DNA of 64,000 nt from positions 2,914,001 to 2,978,000 of the forward strand of contig CM039003.1 of NCBI GenBank assembly GCA_017499595.2, read 5' to 3'. Positions 62,651-64,000 of this stretch are shown piece after piece. The stretch is from Psilocybe cubensis (lineage: Eukaryota). Every line of letters begins with the position of its first letter. Positions within the stretch are counted from its first letter, which is position 1. The notes under the pieces are model-generated. The model was not told where the DNA came from. It was given only the letters and a program-made list of their open reading frames with translations, and did no database searches. Position numbers and translations under genes: made by a program.

Positions 62651-64000
62651 ATGGGTATCCTGCGCAAAGTTTTTTCTCGCCGCACGCTTGCATACGCCAC
62701 GGGTGGTACAGCGTTGTTTTTCGGAGGCGGTCTCGTATACCTGAATTCTGGTCCACCATATCCTGTTCCTTCGAAGGAGACTCGCCGACCACCTCCGCCA
62801 TGGACACCACCATCGAGAGCTGAAATGTTGGCGAAGCTCAAAGCATCTGGTGCGATCACCACACTTACCAAGGGTGGTCAAGATGCACAGAGCGAGGAAT
62901 TCGATTTGCTAATCATTGGAGGAGGCGCTACGGGTGCTGGTTGTGCTGTAGATGCGGCCAGTCGCGGGTTGAAAGTTGCGCTGGTGGAAAGAGACGATTT
63001 CAGTGCTGGTGCGTCGGTGTAGTCCAACTCCGCGGCGATTTCTAACGTTCGAGCAGGAACTTCTTCCAAATCAACCAAGCTCGTCCATGGAGGTGTCAGA
63101 TACCTACAAAAAGCTGTATTCGAACTCGATTATGACCAATACAAACTAGTTCGCGAGGCTCTCCATGAACGACGCACGTTCCTCCACATCGCCCCGTATC
63201 TCTCTGAAATGTTACCTATCATGCTTCCCATTTACAAGTACTGGCAAGTCCCTTACTACTGGGCTGGTTGCAAGATGTACGACGTTCTGGCTGGAAAGGA
63301 AAACATGGAAAGTTCGTATCTCATGAGCAAAGGAAAGGCATTGGAGACTTTCCCCATGCTTAAGAGCGACGGTCTGGTTGGGGCACTGGTTTATTATGAT
63401 GGTATATCTTCCCTTGGTTTATATGGTGAAATAATTAACGTAATTGATAGGACAACATAACGACTCGCGCATGAACATCGCTCTCATCATGAGCGCTGTC
63501 AAGGCCGGTGCTGTTGTGGCCAACTATTGCGAAGTCACACAACTGCACAAGGACGCGAACGGAAAACTAAACGGAGCAAAGGTCAAGGACACCCTCACTG
63601 GAGAACAGTGGAACGTTCGCGCCAAAGTGAGTATCTACCTCGTGTCAGTCGTACTGCAGACTAAATCTCTCAATTGTAGGGTATTATTAACGCGACAGGC
63701 CCTTTCGCTGATTCAGTCTTGGCTCTCGACAACCCTTCACATGAAACGATCGTCCAGCCATCCTCCGGCGTGCACATCACGCTCCCCAACTATTATTCCC
63801 CTCGCACGATGGGTCTTCTAGATCCCTCCACCTCCGACGGGCGCGTTATCTTTTTCCTCCCCTGGCAAGGCAACACCATCGCTGGCACAACTGATACCCC
63901 CGCACGCGTCTCTCGCGATCCCGAGGCATCCGAAGAGGATATCCGATGGATCCTCGAGGAGGTCCGCAGCTATCTCTCCCCGGATATCAAGGTCCGCCGC
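62651..64000 (+). CDS. GUT2: Mitochondrial FAD-dependent glycerol-3-phosphate dehydrogenase (partial, runs off window)
   Basis: [85 protein letters not shown]. Confidence 0.93.

Overview
Eukaryotic, intron-rich fungal DNA with short GT-AG introns; the gene repertoire points to an agaricomycete (mushroom-forming basidiomycete), but the species cannot be determined from the sequence alone. The window has two parts. (1) Bases 1 to ~22412 look like the right-hand part of a giant cargo-carrying DNA transposon of more than 22 kb, whose left end lies outside the window. It carries two unrelated transposases with open reading frames: a Plavaka-type and a KDZ/Zisupton(HMGXB3)-type. It also carries a JmjC-like dioxygenase, a captured Pho80/Pcl-type cyclin, a protein with two RNase H1 N-terminal (hybrid-binding)-like domains, a Zn-motif + MADS-box-like + coiled-coil protein, and several unknown genes. 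It ends in ~0.9 kb of subterminal repeats and a CACTA/En-Spm-like terminus that abuts a 5'-truncated F-box-type host gene. (2) From ~22413 onward is ordinary host DNA: aldo-keto reductase, a ~600 bp MITE-like element, BTB protein, a decayed tandem duplication, intron-containing tRNA-Gln(TTG), small secreted repeat peptide, SMC6, mitochondrial K+/H+ exchange-related protein, ABCC transporter, C2-NACHT-WD40 NLR, FAD oxidoreductase, two tandem secreted isochorismatase-like genes, a divergent HSP20 pair with heat-shock elements, and the 5' part of GUT2. All exon boundaries and family calls were made by eye; none come from database searches.
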